Origin: Ignavibacteriales bacterium
GTDB taxonomy: Bacteria; Bacteroidota; Ignavibacteria; Ignavibacteriales; Ignavibacteriaceae
Assembly (NCBI GenBank): GCA_016709765.1
Contig: JADJMD010000013.1
Location: forward strand, 376,593 to 408,592
Length of the DNA stretch: 32,000 nt
Direction of reading: 5' to 3'
Made by a program: the position numbers and the translations under genes. The notes below the pieces were generated by a model. That model did not search any database and was not told the DNA's origin. It saw only the letters and a program-made list of their open reading frames with translations. Shown piece by piece: positions 1-10,124 of the stretch (position 1 is the first letter of the stretch; each line of letters begins with the position of its first letter).

Positions 1-312
1 TCTGTTAGGGCTTATGTTTAATTCTGTTATCACTAAAGAAAGGTAACCAATCATTGAGACTTTTAAAGAATATTTTCCAGGCACTACATCTTTTATAACA
101 TAATAACCATTCTCATCACATGCAGAACCAAGATTTGTTCCATCAATTAAGATATTTGCACCTGGAAGTGGTTGTTTAGTAATAGCGTCTCTCACTTCGC
201 CTGAAATTATACCGGTTTTACTTTGACTAATTATCTCGCCAGTAAGGAATAGAAAAAATAACAGAGTAGTCGCAACCAGATAATGGGTGCGGAGGGATGA
301 GGTTTTAATCAA
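1..312 (-). CDS. N-terminal fragment (cut by window edge) of a CarboxypepD_reg-like / TonB-dependent-receptor-type outer membrane protein
   Basis: Not in the ORF track because it runs off the window. My minus-strand translation from TTG at 312 reads LIKTSSLRTHYLVATTLLFFLFLTGEIISQSKTGIISGEVRDAITKQPLPGANILIDGTNLGSACDENGYYVIKDVVPGKYSLKVSMIGY... It has a signal-like start, then the G-x-V-x-D..PLPGA..G..T/C-D-x-x-G-x-Y..PG-x-Y pattern of the carboxypeptidase-regulatory-like domain that heads SusC/TonB receptors. An in-frame TAA at 328-330 bounds the start. Confidence 0.5.
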   Translation of the reverse strand, partial: MIKTSSLRTHYLVATTLLFFLFLTGEIISQSKTGIISGEVRDAITKQPLPGANILIDGTNLGSACDENGYYVIKDVVPGKYSLKVSMIGYLSLVITELNISPNR

Positions 313-348
313 ACTTAGAATTCCTTTTTAAAAAGTAATTATTACAGA

Positions 349-819
349 CTAAAATATATTTGCTGGTGTATCCAACTTTAATTCACTTGGGATACTCAAT
401 TCATTCCCAAAAACATCTTCTTTCTTAAGCTCTTTTAGTTCCGGTTTTTCGATATCATTAAATTTTATTTTTTGCTGATCAGTTAATTGATCTTCGATAT
501 CATCTGTCAAGTCTTCAATTTTAGAGGAACGTTTGTCGTGTCCTCTTTTTACACCGATTTTTTCGAAGAAACCCGGTTCATCTCCATTATTAACTCGTTC
601 CTTTATCTCAGCAATTATATTTCTATCCTCTTCAAGAATACTTTTTATCTGTTCGATCATTGGATTAATTTTTGAAATTTGCTGCGAGCTAAGCGATAAA
701 TAATCGTTTACTTTTTCTGTGTCCAATAGTGATATTTGACTTTGTGCGAAAATTGGAATTAATAGAACTATGCCAAAAATGACTGCAATGATTTTACTTT
801 TCATACAATATTCTTTCAT
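349..819 (-). CDS. Periplasmic LTXXQ-motif (Spy/CpxP-like) protein
   Basis: 156-aa ORF with a signal peptide (MKSKIIAVIFGIVLLIPIFAQSQ). Two L-[ST]-x-x-Q motifs (LSSQQ, LTDQQ) sit in a charged helical protein. ATGA overlap with the upstream gene at 816-819. The start could instead be Met6 (804). Confidence 0.5.
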   Translation of the reverse strand: MKEYCMKSKIIAVIFGIVLLIPIFAQSQISLLDTEKVNDYLSLSSQQISKINPMIEQIKSILEEDRNIIAEIKERVNNGDEPGFFEKIGVKRGHDKRSSKIEDLTDDIEDQLTDQQKIKFNDIEKPELKELKKEDVFGNELSIPSELKLDTPANIF

Positions 820-1226
820 TTGTTTGTTGTTATCGTCTCATTATTTATTTCACTTGATTTATTTGTTTTCCACGTAACTAATGTAATTGCTAACCAGATT
901 GCAGATCGGATAGTCATAGCTTGTACGCTATGCATAGATACTGGACCATCTGAAATAAAAATTACTGCTACAATAATCAGTACAGTTAAATGTAAGATTG
1001 TTACAATTGATGTTAGCATTAGTGCCTTTTTATGGTTAACCCAAATCAACACACCAACAAACAGCCCAACAATACCTATAACAACATTATAAATTAGTAG
1101 AGGTGTAAAGACAATATAATCATGTTGGGTTAGTCCAAGTAAAACCTGCGAGCCTTCAACAATTGTTAGTAGACTAAAAAGTACAGCAACAATTGCTGCT
1201 ATTTTAAAAAAGAAAGTTTTGTTCAT
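816..1226 (-). CDS. Small integral membrane protein (about 4 TM), unknown function
   Basis: 136-aa ORF with four long hydrophobic segments. Translationally coupled to the neighbouring genes. No family recognised. Confidence 0.55.
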   Translation of the reverse strand: MNKTFFFKIAAIVAVLFSLLTIVEGSQVLLGLTQHDYIVFTPLLIYNVVIGIVGLFVGVLIWVNHKKALMLTSIVTILHLTVLIIVAVIFISDGPVSMHSVQAMTIRSAIWLAITLVTWKTNKSSEINNETITTNK

Positions 1227-1245
1227 TTAAGCGTCCTTTTTTGTT

Positions 1246-2688
1246 TTAAATGTTCTGTGAAAGAAATAACCTGATTGCAGCGTTAGAAGTTTGAGTATCA
1301 GGGAAATATTTATAATCGCCATATCGTTCATACAATAGAAGATTCAAGCCAAGTTCTGTTTTGTTATAAATGTCAAAGCTAATTCCTGTATTCAGTAATC
1401 CAACAAATTCTTCACTCTCAGCGCCGCTTAATGTATGAATCCAGTATCTCTTAAAATTTGCAAATACATTACCAAAATCTTTTAAGGAAAATTTGATTCC
1501 GATTTTTGCACTGGCACCTGGGCCAATATTATAATCTTTCCCAAATTCGCTGGCATATTGAGAATTGGTCGCACCCATCAGGATAGCAGAAACGCCAATA
1601 TGATTTATCATCGATAATTTTGAAGATAGGGGAATTGTATTTATCATTTGCCCGGTAACACTTGTAGCAGAGAGTTTATAAATTGTATTAATAAGAATAT
1701 CTACTTCTTTGTAGATACCAAGTATGTTTTTTGAATTGTCAAAAAGTTTAATGCGATAACCCCAAAGAACACCGCTGGCAAAAATTCCAACAATATTATC
1801 ACCCGGTCCAATATTAACATCCGTGTGTACAGTGAAATAATCGAATGGTTTATTGTGACTTGTAACAGCAAATTGATTCCCATAATTTAAATCAACACCT
1901 AAATGCACATACGATTTGCTTTTATTAAAAGTATTATCAAAAAAAACATTGTGTGCTCCTAATGAAATTAAAATACCGAAATCCTGTTGTTCTGGAGAAG
2001 CACCTGCTCTCCACATATCACCCCTAATCATTCTATTCAGCCCCTGCATAGGATCAATAAGTGTTGATGAGAACTCTCGAAGGAATCTTTCAAATCCAAT
2101 TGTACTTTCATCAATGATAAGGTTTGATACCCGAAAAGATATTTCACCCAAAGTAATTCCAGTAACTGGAGTATTAACAATGTCATTATATGACGGCTGT
2201 TGATTTTCCATAAAATATTCCCACGTCAAGCTTCCGAAAAAAGCATAAGGGGCAGATTCCCAAAATCCTAGGCCATTTGATCTTGCAGCATTATAATAGT
2301 TGGCGCCGTGGAAAGGATGCCAAAATTGATTTGTTAGATAACCGTCATCATCCCACACAAAGCCATATTTTAAATTATATTTTATTGTTTCCCAATTTAT
2401 ATTAGACCAATTTTCACCACTTAAATATCTGTGATAGCCCCAGACACCAAAGTTTAAACCAATAATTTCAACCACCGGAAGCCAGTAGTTTTTCTCAACT
2501 TTTATTTCTGAAATAGTAGTATCATTAACATTTATAATAGAGTCATTTGATAAACCAGAAGGTAGATCTTTTGAAAAATTGGATTGTGCAAGATTTTGTT
2601 GTGTAAAAGTAATTATAAAAAAAATACCTATATAATATTTTACAAATTTGTTAATTACGTATTTCATTTTTCTTTTATTAAACAACAA
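1246..2688 (-). CDS. DUF3943-like envelope protein
   Basis: 480-aa ORF with a hydrophobic N-terminus. The block WDDDGYLTNQFWHPFHGANYYNAARSNG resembles the conserved core I recall for DUF3943 proteins of Bacteroidota. This was not searched. Confidence 0.5.
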   Translation of the reverse strand: MLFNKRKMKYVINKFVKYYIGIFFIITFTQQNLAQSNFSKDLPSGLSNDSIINVNDTTISEIKVEKNYWLPVVEIIGLNFGVWGYHRYLSGENWSNINWETIKYNLKYGFVWDDDGYLTNQFWHPFHGANYYNAARSNGLGFWESAPYAFFGSLTWEYFMENQQPSYNDIVNTPVTGITLGEISFRVSNLIIDESTIGFERFLREFSSTLIDPMQGLNRMIRGDMWRAGASPEQQDFGILISLGAHNVFFDNTFNKSKSYVHLGVDLNYGNQFAVTSHNKPFDYFTVHTDVNIGPGDNIVGIFASGVLWGYRIKLFDNSKNILGIYKEVDILINTIYKLSATSVTGQMINTIPLSSKLSMINHIGVSAILMGATNSQYASEFGKDYNIGPGASAKIGIKFSLKDFGNVFANFKRYWIHTLSGAESEEFVGLLNTGISFDIYNKTELGLNLLLYERYGDYKYFPDTQTSNAAIRLFLSQNI

Positions 2689-2702
2689 TAAATGCTGTGA
2701 TT

Positions 2703-3821
2703 TTAAACAGTTTTTTTGTACTTAAATATTGCTAATCCATTAAATACGATTGCAAAACCGGTTACTATTAAAAAGTGATAACGCAAATCCCAAAAACCGC
2801 TGCCTTTTAAAACAATCATTCTCATTGCTTCAATCAAATAACGAACGGGATTGATGTACGTTAAGTATTGTGCCCAATCAGGCATATTCTCTATCGGTGA
2901 AAACAATCCGCCTAGCAAAATAAAAATTAGCATAAAGAAGTAAGCTATAAACATTGCTTGCTGCTGTGTATCTGCATAAATAGAAGTAAGCAAACCAAAT
3001 CCAAGCAGTGCTATCAAATATATTCCTGCAAAAAGAAATCCAACCCAGAAACTTCCTTCGGGATAGATTCCATAAAGAATAAAGCTGATAATAAGTCCTA
3101 TTATCAAAACAACTAAACCAAGTACCCAAAATGGAATTAGCTTACTTAAAATGAACTGATATTTTTTTATTGGTGAAACATTAAGCTGTTCTATTGTTCC
3201 AATCTCTTTTTCTTTTACAATATTTAATGATGCCATCAGGAAACCCACCAATGTAACAAGCAGCGCCAGCACTCCCGGAACAATGAACAATTTATAATTC
3301 ATTTGCGGGTTAAACCAATTAGAACTAGTAATATCAATAGCTGGAATGGCATTTAAACGCGGTTGCTGCATCCATTGGATGCGCACATCATTATTAAAAT
3401 CTCTTAATATAGTATTAGCATACGCTACAGCCAGTCCGGCAGTTTGTCCGCTTATTGCATTAGCAGCAAACAAAACTATTGTTTCATTATCTCTTATAAG
3501 ATCTCGTTCAAATCCTTCTGGAATTTCAACAATCAAATCCGCTTTATCCTTTTCAACCTGATCTAATGCATCAGCGTATGTTTTAGAATTATCTACAAGT
3601 TGGAAATATCCGGAAGAAGTAAAATTATTAATAAGTTTTCTTGAATATTCGGAATGATCATTATCAACAACGCTAAGTGTAATATTCTTAATCTCATAAG
3701 TTGCAGCATATGGAAGCAGAATAAGTTGGATAACCGGTAAAGCAAAAATCATTCTTAGAATAAGTTTATCACGAAAGATTTGGAGGAATTCTTTTCTTAG
3801 TAAAAATTTTAATGTTCTCAT
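2703..3821 (-). CDS. ABC-2 type transporter permease (YbhR/YhhJ-like)
   Basis: 372 aa with an N-terminal TM, a large extracytoplasmic loop and a C-terminal bundle of about 5 TMs. Sits in an operon with ABC ATPases. 1-nt stop/start overlap with the upstream permease at 3821. Confidence 0.85.
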   Translation of the reverse strand: MRTLKFLLRKEFLQIFRDKLILRMIFALPVIQLILLPYAATYEIKNITLSVVDNDHSEYSRKLINNFTSSGYFQLVDNSKTYADALDQVEKDKADLIVEIPEGFERDLIRDNETIVLFAANAISGQTAGLAVAYANTILRDFNNDVRIQWMQQPRLNAIPAIDITSSNWFNPQMNYKLFIVPGVLALLVTLVGFLMASLNIVKEKEIGTIEQLNVSPIKKYQFILSKLIPFWVLGLVVLIIGLIISFILYGIYPEGSFWVGFLFAGIYLIALLGFGLLTSIYADTQQQAMFIAYFFMLIFILLGGLFSPIENMPDWAQYLTYINPVRYLIEAMRMIVLKGSGFWDLRYHFLIVTGFAIVFNGLAIFKYKKTV

Positions 3822-4924
3822 TATAACCTGATCTTAAATCTCTTTATGCTGATTAGTAAAAATGTTCCGGTCATTGCTAATAGAATTAATAATTCTTTCC
3901 AGATTTGTTCTATCCCAATTCCCTTTATCATTATATTTTTTACGATTATGATGTACCATTTTGCAGGCACCAAATTAGATAGTATTTGCAGAATAGTTGG
4001 CATATTTGCAATTGGGTAGGCATAACCGCTTAACATTACAACAGGAAGCATTAAACCAAGCAGCGAAATTAACATTGCTGCTTGCTGTGTTTCTGTTACA
4101 GTCGAAATTAGAATCCCGAGTGATAATGCACAAAAAATATAGATAATTGTAGAAGCAATTAGTAAAAACAAACTTCCTTCAATTGGTAATCCAAGAACAA
4201 ACACACTCAATATTAGAATCGTGGCTACATTTATCATTGATATTATAAAGTATGGAATTACTTTACTTATAATCACGAGCCCTGGTTGCATTGGTGAAAC
4301 AAGAAGTATTTCCATCGTGCCCAATTCTTTTTCTCTTACGATTGCTATTGAAGTCATCATTGCAGAGATGAGGAGAAGAATCATTCCCATTACACCGGGT
4401 ACTGAAGTGTAAGCCCCTTTTAACTGCGGATTGTAAAGCATCCGCATTTCTGTATTAATATTATAAGGTAATTTATTTTGTTGGTTCAACTCATTTTGAT
4501 AATCTTTTACAATCGAGCTTAAATAATTTGTAAGAGTAGTGGCTTGGTTTGGATCAGTTGCGTCTGCTATTATTTGAAGTTGAGCTTTGTTTGAATGTGA
4601 TAATTCATTTTGAAAGTTTTGCTGAAATACGATAGCCAGTTTTATTTTCCCGGTTTTAAAAGCTTCTTCAATTTGGTCATTTGAAGTAATCGATCTATCG
4701 ATATCAAAATACTGAGAACTTTCAATTTTGGTTATTATACTTTGCGTGACTTCATCTTTTGAATTATCCAGTATCGCAATATTGGCATTTCGCACTTCGG
4801 TTGTAATAGCAAAACCAAAGAGAAGAAGTTGAACAATCGGCAAACCAATCAACACCAACATAGAACGAGTATCTCGTAGTATGTGATGAAATTCTTTTTT
4901 TATAAAAGTAATTAACTGTTTCAT
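3821..4924 (-). CDS. ABC-2 type transporter permease (YbhS-like)
   Basis: 367 aa with the same architecture as the neighbouring permease. They are paralogous, sharing N-terminal (R/H)DxxxLxxxxxxPxxQLLLFG/LLP motifs. Confidence 0.85.
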   Translation of the reverse strand: MKQLITFIKKEFHHILRDTRSMLVLIGLPIVQLLLFGFAITTEVRNANIAILDNSKDEVTQSIITKIESSQYFDIDRSITSNDQIEEAFKTGKIKLAIVFQQNFQNELSHSNKAQLQIIADATDPNQATTLTNYLSSIVKDYQNELNQQNKLPYNINTEMRMLYNPQLKGAYTSVPGVMGMILLLISAMMTSIAIVREKELGTMEILLVSPMQPGLVIISKVIPYFIISMINVATILILSVFVLGLPIEGSLFLLIASTIIYIFCALSLGILISTVTETQQAAMLISLLGLMLPVVMLSGYAYPIANMPTILQILSNLVPAKWYIIIVKNIMIKGIGIEQIWKELLILLAMTGTFLLISIKRFKIRL

Positions 4925-4930
4925 TATAAA

Positions 4931-5686
4931 TTATTCTCCACGTTTGGCTCCGCGTGCAAGCATAATAAATACTTCATCCATCGAGTGAGCATTAAATTGT
5001 TTCTTTAATCCTGCCGGTGAATCAAGTGCTTTGATTACTCCATCAACCATAATGGAAACGCGATCACAATATTCTGCTTCATCCATATAATGCGTAGTTA
5101 CAAAAACTGTTATACCGTTATGTGAAGCTTCGTAAATCATATCCCAAAATTGTCTTCTTGTAATCGGATCAACACCGCCAGTGGGTTCATCAAGAAAAAC
5201 AATTTTTGGTGTGTGAAAGATTGCAATACTGAATGCTAGTTTCTGTTTCCATCCAAGCGGCAGGGAACCTACCAATTTATCAGCTTCATTTTGCAGATTT
5301 AGTTTATTGATAAGTTCACTACGTTTTTTTTCAATTTCATCATCGGATAATCCATAAATCCCGCCGAATAGCTGAATATTTTCATTGATAGTTAAGTCTT
5401 CATACAATGAAAACTTTTGACTCATATAACCAATACTTTTTTTAATCATTTCGGTTTCTTTATAAACATCAAAGCCTGCAATTGTTGCATTGCCTCTGCT
5501 TGGTTTTGAAATTCCGATTAACATTTTCATAGCTGTAGTTTTACCCGCACCATTTGCACCAAGAAAACCAAATATCTCTCCTTTAAAAACTTCAAAAGTA
5601 ATTTCACTCACGGCAATAAAATCACCAAATTTTTTAGTGAGTTTATCAGTTTTTATTACAATTTCTTTATCCATCAAACTGCTCAT
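4931..5686 (-). CDS. ABC transporter ATP-binding protein
   Basis: Walker A GANGAGKTT, signature-like LPLGWKQKLAF, Walker B IVFLDEPTGGVD, H-loop TTHYM. Confidence 0.9.
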   Translation of the reverse strand: MSSLMDKEIVIKTDKLTKKFGDFIAVSEITFEVFKGEIFGFLGANGAGKTTAMKMLIGISKPSRGNATIAGFDVYKETEMIKKSIGYMSQKFSLYEDLTINENIQLFGGIYGLSDDEIEKKRSELINKLNLQNEADKLVGSLPLGWKQKLAFSIAIFHTPKIVFLDEPTGGVDPITRRQFWDMIYEASHNGITVFVTTHYMDEAEYCDRVSIMVDGVIKALDSPAGLKKQFNAHSMDEVFIMLARGAKRGE

Positions 5687-5689
5687 TTC

Positions 5690-6634
5690 CTAAAGCCCTT
5701 CCCTTAGGGAAGGGTTGGGATGGGCTTTCATCAATTGCATAAAACGGTCTTCAATGTTTGGTTTGATTTGCTTGATCTCAAGTTCAGCGTGATCTTTTAA
5801 ATATGATTTTAGTTCATTTATGTCTGGCTGTTCCTCATTTAAAACGAGATGATGATATTGCCCAAATGCAAAACAGGATTCCGTTTTAGAATAGGCTCGT
5901 AAATCGTTTAAAAGATTAAACATACTTTTTGATTTAATCGCATACAGATTTTTATCAAATCTGTTTATAATGTTTTGTGGGGTATCAATTTCTAAAATTC
6001 TACCTGTTTGAATAAGCGCAATCCTATCACACAATTTTGCCTCATCCATATATGGAGTTGAAACAAGTATACTAATGCCTTGTTCCTTTAATCGTTTTAG
6101 CATTTCCCAAAATTCTTTTCGCGAAACGGGATCAACTCCTGTTGTTGGTTCATCAAGGAAAAGAACTTTAGGTTTATGAATTAATGCACAGCTAAGAGCA
6201 AGTTTCTGTTTCATTCCACCGCTGAGTTTACCTGCACGCCTTGTTTTGAATGGTTCGAGCTGCTTGTAAATATCGGCGATTAAATCATAATTCTCTTGAA
6301 CAGTCGTGTTAAAAATCGTTGCGAAGAAATTTAGATTTTCTTCTACGGTTAAATCCTGGTAGAGTGAAAATCGTCCCGGCATATAACCAACAATATTTCT
6401 GATTGCTTTATAATCTTTCACAACATCAAGCCCAAGCACTGCTGCATTTCCTTTATCAGCAAGCAGTACTGTAGTCAGAATTCTAAAGATTGAAGTTTTG
6501 CCTGCACCATCCGGTCCTATCAATCCGAAAAGTTCTCCTTCATCAACAGAAAATGAAATATCATCAACCGCTGTGATAACATCTTTTTTTGCAGCGTACG
6601 TTTTGGTGACACTATTTAATTCAATTGCATTCAT
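5690..6634 (-). CDS. ABC transporter ATP-binding protein with C-terminal extension
   Basis: Walker A GPDGAGKTS, signature LSGGMKQKLAL, Walker B VLFLDEPTTGVD, plus a ~90-aa C-terminal domain. Together with 4931..5686 it equals the two halves of a YbhF-type tandem ATPase. Confidence 0.9.
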   Translation of the reverse strand: MNAIELNSVTKTYAAKKDVITAVDDISFSVDEGELFGLIGPDGAGKTSIFRILTTVLLADKGNAAVLGLDVVKDYKAIRNIVGYMPGRFSLYQDLTVEENLNFFATIFNTTVQENYDLIADIYKQLEPFKTRRAGKLSGGMKQKLALSCALIHKPKVLFLDEPTTGVDPVSRKEFWEMLKRLKEQGISILVSTPYMDEAKLCDRIALIQTGRILEIDTPQNIINRFDKNLYAIKSKSMFNLLNDLRAYSKTESCFAFGQYHHLVLNEEQPDINELKSYLKDHAELEIKQIKPNIEDRFMQLMKAHPNPSLREGL

Positions 6635-6640
6635 AAAAAA

Positions 6641-7546
6641 TTAGAATTTCACTTCTCCGCACATACCGATCTTTAGATAACCGTTGTTTAATACTTTTAC
6701 TTTGATTGCATAAACAAGATTTGCACGTTCATCTTTAGTTTGGATTGTCTTTGGAGTAAACTCAGCTTTTGAAGATACCCAATAAATTTCTCCCAGCATC
6801 TCTTTTTGTTCACCTTCACCTTTATCTACAAATACTTTTACTTTTTGCTCAAGTTTTATTTGTCCAAGTTGATCACCATCAACGTACGCACGTAAAGTCA
6901 TTTCAGAAAGATCAGCAATTTTATAAAGTGCCTTGCCATTTACAGTAATCTCATCTGGTTTCGCGTAACGGGTTAAAACTGTTCCATCAATCGGATTTTT
7001 TATAATACTCTTTTTGATTTGATCTTCAATCTGTTCAACTTGTGCGATTAGCGGAAGAGTTTCACTTTGTATCCCTTGTTTCGTAATTGTTAAACTGGAT
7101 TTGGCTGCTGTGTATTGCTTGATTAAAACTTCTAACTGTGAGTTTATATCATCAAGTTGTTTTGTAGTTGCGGCATCCAATTTAACAAGATTTTCAATTC
7201 GCTTTTTCTCAACCTCAGTAGTTTCAATTTGCTTTTGAAGAGCTGCAAGTTGAGCACTAATATCAGGTTGTTTACTTAATACAGCTTTGATATTTGCCTG
7301 AAGTTGTTTTTTCTTAAGATATAATTGTGTTGTGTCAACTACTCCAACAATTTGATTTTGTTTAAGCTGCATTCCTTCTTCAACTTGAAACATTACAAGT
7401 TTTCCCATCGCTTCCGATGAAACAATAATCTCTTCTGATTCAAATGTACCCGTGGCATCAAAATCTCCATTACCATTCGAGCAGCCAAACAAAAGAGCTA
7501 CAGCTAAAATAAATGCAATGTTTAAAAATCTGTTTTTCATTTTCAT
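6641..7546 (-). CDS. HlyD-family membrane fusion / periplasmic adaptor protein (YbhG-like)
   Basis: 301 aa with a lipoprotein-type signal (LLFGCSN), a long Q/K/E-rich coiled coil and a beta-rich C-terminus. Located between the TolC-family and ABC genes. Confidence 0.85.
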   Translation of the reverse strand: MKMKNRFLNIAFILAVALLFGCSNGNGDFDATGTFESEEIIVSSEAMGKLVMFQVEEGMQLKQNQIVGVVDTTQLYLKKKQLQANIKAVLSKQPDISAQLAALQKQIETTEVEKKRIENLVKLDAATTKQLDDINSQLEVLIKQYTAAKSSLTITKQGIQSETLPLIAQVEQIEDQIKKSIIKNPIDGTVLTRYAKPDEITVNGKALYKIADLSEMTLRAYVDGDQLGQIKLEQKVKVFVDKGEGEQKEMLGEIYWVSSKAEFTPKTIQTKDERANLVYAIKVKVLNNGYLKIGMCGEVKF

Positions 7547-7560
7547 CTCTATAATATTTT

Positions 7561-8829
7561 TTAATTTCCTGTTGTGATTTTGTAGTTATACTGTGCGAGC
7601 AATAATTGAATTTTGTGAATCTCTAAATTTTGTTTTGAAGTATCTTCCGCATTTAAATCACGGACATAGTCACTGGAGGTAATCACCCCGTTTTCAAGTT
7701 TTGCTTTAGCTGATTCTTTAACTGAGGCTCTTAAATCAATTATACTTTTATCTACTTCAATCAATTTTTTAAGTTTATCAATTTCTTGTAGCTGCTGATT
7801 AGTGGTGATCTTTGTGTTTAGTAGGAATGTTTCCGTTTGAGCATCAATGCTTTGCAGATTTAACTGATTGATTTCACTTTCATTTCCATAGCTGTATAGA
7901 TTTGATAGTGACCATGAAAATCGAATACCGGTTATGTAATACCAATCAAAATCATTTATGAACATATTCAGTCCTGGTTTTCCGTATCCACCCTGAAAAA
8001 ACAAATTAGCTTTTGGAATAATTTTGGAAACAGTAATCCCATCCTGATTTTCTATCAGATTTTTCTGAGCTGAGTACATCTTCAATTCAGGTCTAATTAT
8101 TTCTTCGGCAGATAGATAATCAATTTGCGGTGGAGTAGAGAAAATAGTCGATTCATTTAAACTTTCATTTATTAACAAACCAAGTATATTGATATAAGAT
8201 ATACGTGAAGAGTTAAGTTCAATTTTGCGCTGCTCTGTTTTTAATAGCTCTGCCCTTAAAACATTGACATCAGATTTAGTTGCTGTGCCATTTGCATAAG
8301 CAGCATCAAGTTTTGAAATGCTGGCATTTAAATCATTTATAACAAGCTCAATTTGATTTACTTGAGATTCAATAAGAATAATGCCTAAATAAATTTGATT
8401 AACTCTTTCTTTAATCTTTAATAGTTCAATCTCAATTTTTTGATCATCAATTTCATTTACAGATTCCTGAATACCAGCTTGCGAACCCATTATTCCGCCG
8501 TCATAAATTGTCTGTGTTACATCAACTGCAGCCTTATATTGATCTTTTGAGAGTCTTTGAATTACAACTCCGGGCAATGGCATTGGAACCTCTGTCACAT
8601 CGGATTGATATGAAGCCTGTGCAATAAGAGTTATCTGTGGAAAGTATCCGTTCCAAATATTGCTGACGCTGTAATCCTTTGTTTTAGCAATGTAATCTTT
8701 CTGTTTTATAAGCGGATAATTTATTCTTGCCTTCTCATAGCAATCTTCAAGAGTAAGCTGCGTTTGAGGAATAATAAAATCCTGACTTATTAATAACAGG
8801 GTTATAAATAATAATCTTTTCATAATCAC
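7561..8829 (-). CDS. TolC-family outer membrane efflux protein
   Basis: 422 aa with a signal peptide and two tandem coiled-coil/beta repeats typical of the OEP family. 4-nt overlap with the upstream TetR gene. Confidence 0.85.
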   Translation of the reverse strand: MIMKRLLFITLLLISQDFIIPQTQLTLEDCYEKARINYPLIKQKDYIAKTKDYSVSNIWNGYFPQITLIAQASYQSDVTEVPMPLPGVVIQRLSKDQYKAAVDVTQTIYDGGIMGSQAGIQESVNEIDDQKIEIELLKIKERVNQIYLGIILIESQVNQIELVINDLNASISKLDAAYANGTATKSDVNVLRAELLKTEQRKIELNSSRISYINILGLLINESLNESTIFSTPPQIDYLSAEEIIRPELKMYSAQKNLIENQDGITVSKIIPKANLFFQGGYGKPGLNMFINDFDWYYITGIRFSWSLSNLYSYGNESEINQLNLQSIDAQTETFLLNTKITTNQQLQEIDKLKKLIEVDKSIIDLRASVKESAKAKLENGVITSSDYVRDLNAEDTSKQNLEIHKIQLLLAQYNYKITTGN

Positions 8830-9461
8830 ATCTTATTAATTGTTTGATTAAAAATTTTCTTTCCCCTTTTTTTTAGAATGCCATTTAATAGAATATTAAA
8901 TGTTAGTCTGAATTCTTGATGATAAGAGTAATTAGATAAATTATCTGATTTCGATGTTGCGATTGCTCCCAAAGCGGAAGTAAAAACTTTTATTATTATT
9001 TCATCAGGTATATCAAGAATCAATTCTTTCTCTTTACCATCTTTCAAAAGTCGATTTATCAGAGGGTTAATGTGGTGAATCCTGAATTGCTCGATGTAGT
9101 CAGCTAAATCTCTAAAATCATATCTCAATCTTTCAATGGATATTTCATTGAAAGCAGAGTAGTATTGTTCAACTATTTTTGATAGCTCAATAAATTTTTT
9201 AACAGTATTTCTTTCCTCTTCAATAATATTGATTAAATATCTGTACGGGTTGTTTAATTGATTTATTATGGCAGATCTTATTATTTCTTCTTTGGTTCGG
9301 AAAGTTTTATAAATTGTTTTTTTACTTATATGTAGCTCATTTGCAATTTGATCTACTGTAAAATTCCTAAAACCCTGAGTTGATAATTTCTTCTCGATAT
9401 GGTCGAGTATTCGAGATTTTAATTGATCTTCATTTTGATTTATGATTTCTATGGGTTTCAT
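8826..9461 (-). CDS. TetR/AcrR-family transcriptional regulator (first gene of the efflux operon)
   Basis: N-terminal HTH FTVDQIANELHISKKTIYKTFRTKEEI, followed by a helical ligand domain. Occupies a CecR(YbiH)-like position next to the YbhGFSR-type genes. Confidence 0.8.
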   Translation of the reverse strand: MKPIEIINQNEDQLKSRILDHIEKKLSTQGFRNFTVDQIANELHISKKTIYKTFRTKEEIIRSAIINQLNNPYRYLINIIEEERNTVKKFIELSKIVEQYYSAFNEISIERLRYDFRDLADYIEQFRIHHINPLINRLLKDGKEKELILDIPDEIIIKVFTSALGAIATSKSDNLSNYSYHQEFRLTFNILLNGILKKRGKKIFNQTINKM

Positions 9462-9476
9462 TTTTTTTATTTAAGT

Positions 9477-9496
9477 TTGTTATCGTTCACTAACAA
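9477..9496 (-). promoter_or_regulatory. Candidate TetR operator: TTGTTA-N8-TAACAA palindrome
   Basis: Perfect 6-bp inverted arms, 16-35 nt upstream of the TetR start at 9461. A near-identical site (shared core GTTAnCnTTCACTAACAA) lies upstream of the second TetR gene. Confidence 0.35.
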
Positions 9497-9518
9497 TATT
9501 TCAATATTTTTTTAATGA

Positions 9519-10106
9519 TTATTCTATAAAAATTAATTTATCCAATGTTTTGATTATGCTCTTTCCTCTCTCGGACAAGGAGAAAGTGAAATTACTAAGT
9601 CTCCATTCAAGTACAATCATTCTAATTAATCCTAAAATTAAGGTTATTAAATCCTTATTATCTATTTCGGAAATTTTTCCATTTGTGCTGGATTCTTGAA
9701 GGATTGTGTTCAGCAAATTCTTCCTTTTTTTTATAATAAACATTAATCGCCGCCTCAAAATCTCACTTTGATCAAACATATCTTCGGCAAATAGTACAGA
9801 AGTCATTTCTTTCTTTTTTTCCAAAAAATCAAAATGAAATAGAATAAAATGATTAATTTTATCTTGAGTTGTTTTTTGCTTGATTATATCCTTTTCCAGC
9901 AAATGATCGAAATCCAACATTCTATTTAAGATCCCAAGAATAATATCCTCTTTATTTAAGAAGTGGCGGTATATCGCAGGTTCACTAATTTTTACTTGCT
10001 TTGCAATTTCCCTTATAGACAGGGATTGATATCCGCTCTTATGAATAATTTTTATTGCTTCATCGATGATCATTTCTTGTCTCTGTTCAGTATTTAGCCG
10101 TGACAT
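9519..10106 (-). CDS. TetR/AcrR-family transcriptional regulator (second paralogue)
   Basis: N-terminal HTH LSIREIAKQVKISEPAIYRHFLNKEDI. 195 aa. Confidence 0.8.
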   Translation of the reverse strand: MSRLNTEQRQEMIIDEAIKIIHKSGYQSLSIREIAKQVKISEPAIYRHFLNKEDIILGILNRMLDFDHLLEKDIIKQKTTQDKINHFILFHFDFLEKKKEMTSVLFAEDMFDQSEILRRRLMFIIKKRKNLLNTILQESSTNGKISEIDNKDLITLILGLIRMIVLEWRLSNFTFSLSERGKSIIKTLDKLIFIE

Positions 10107-10124
10107 TTTATCCTTTGAATAAAT

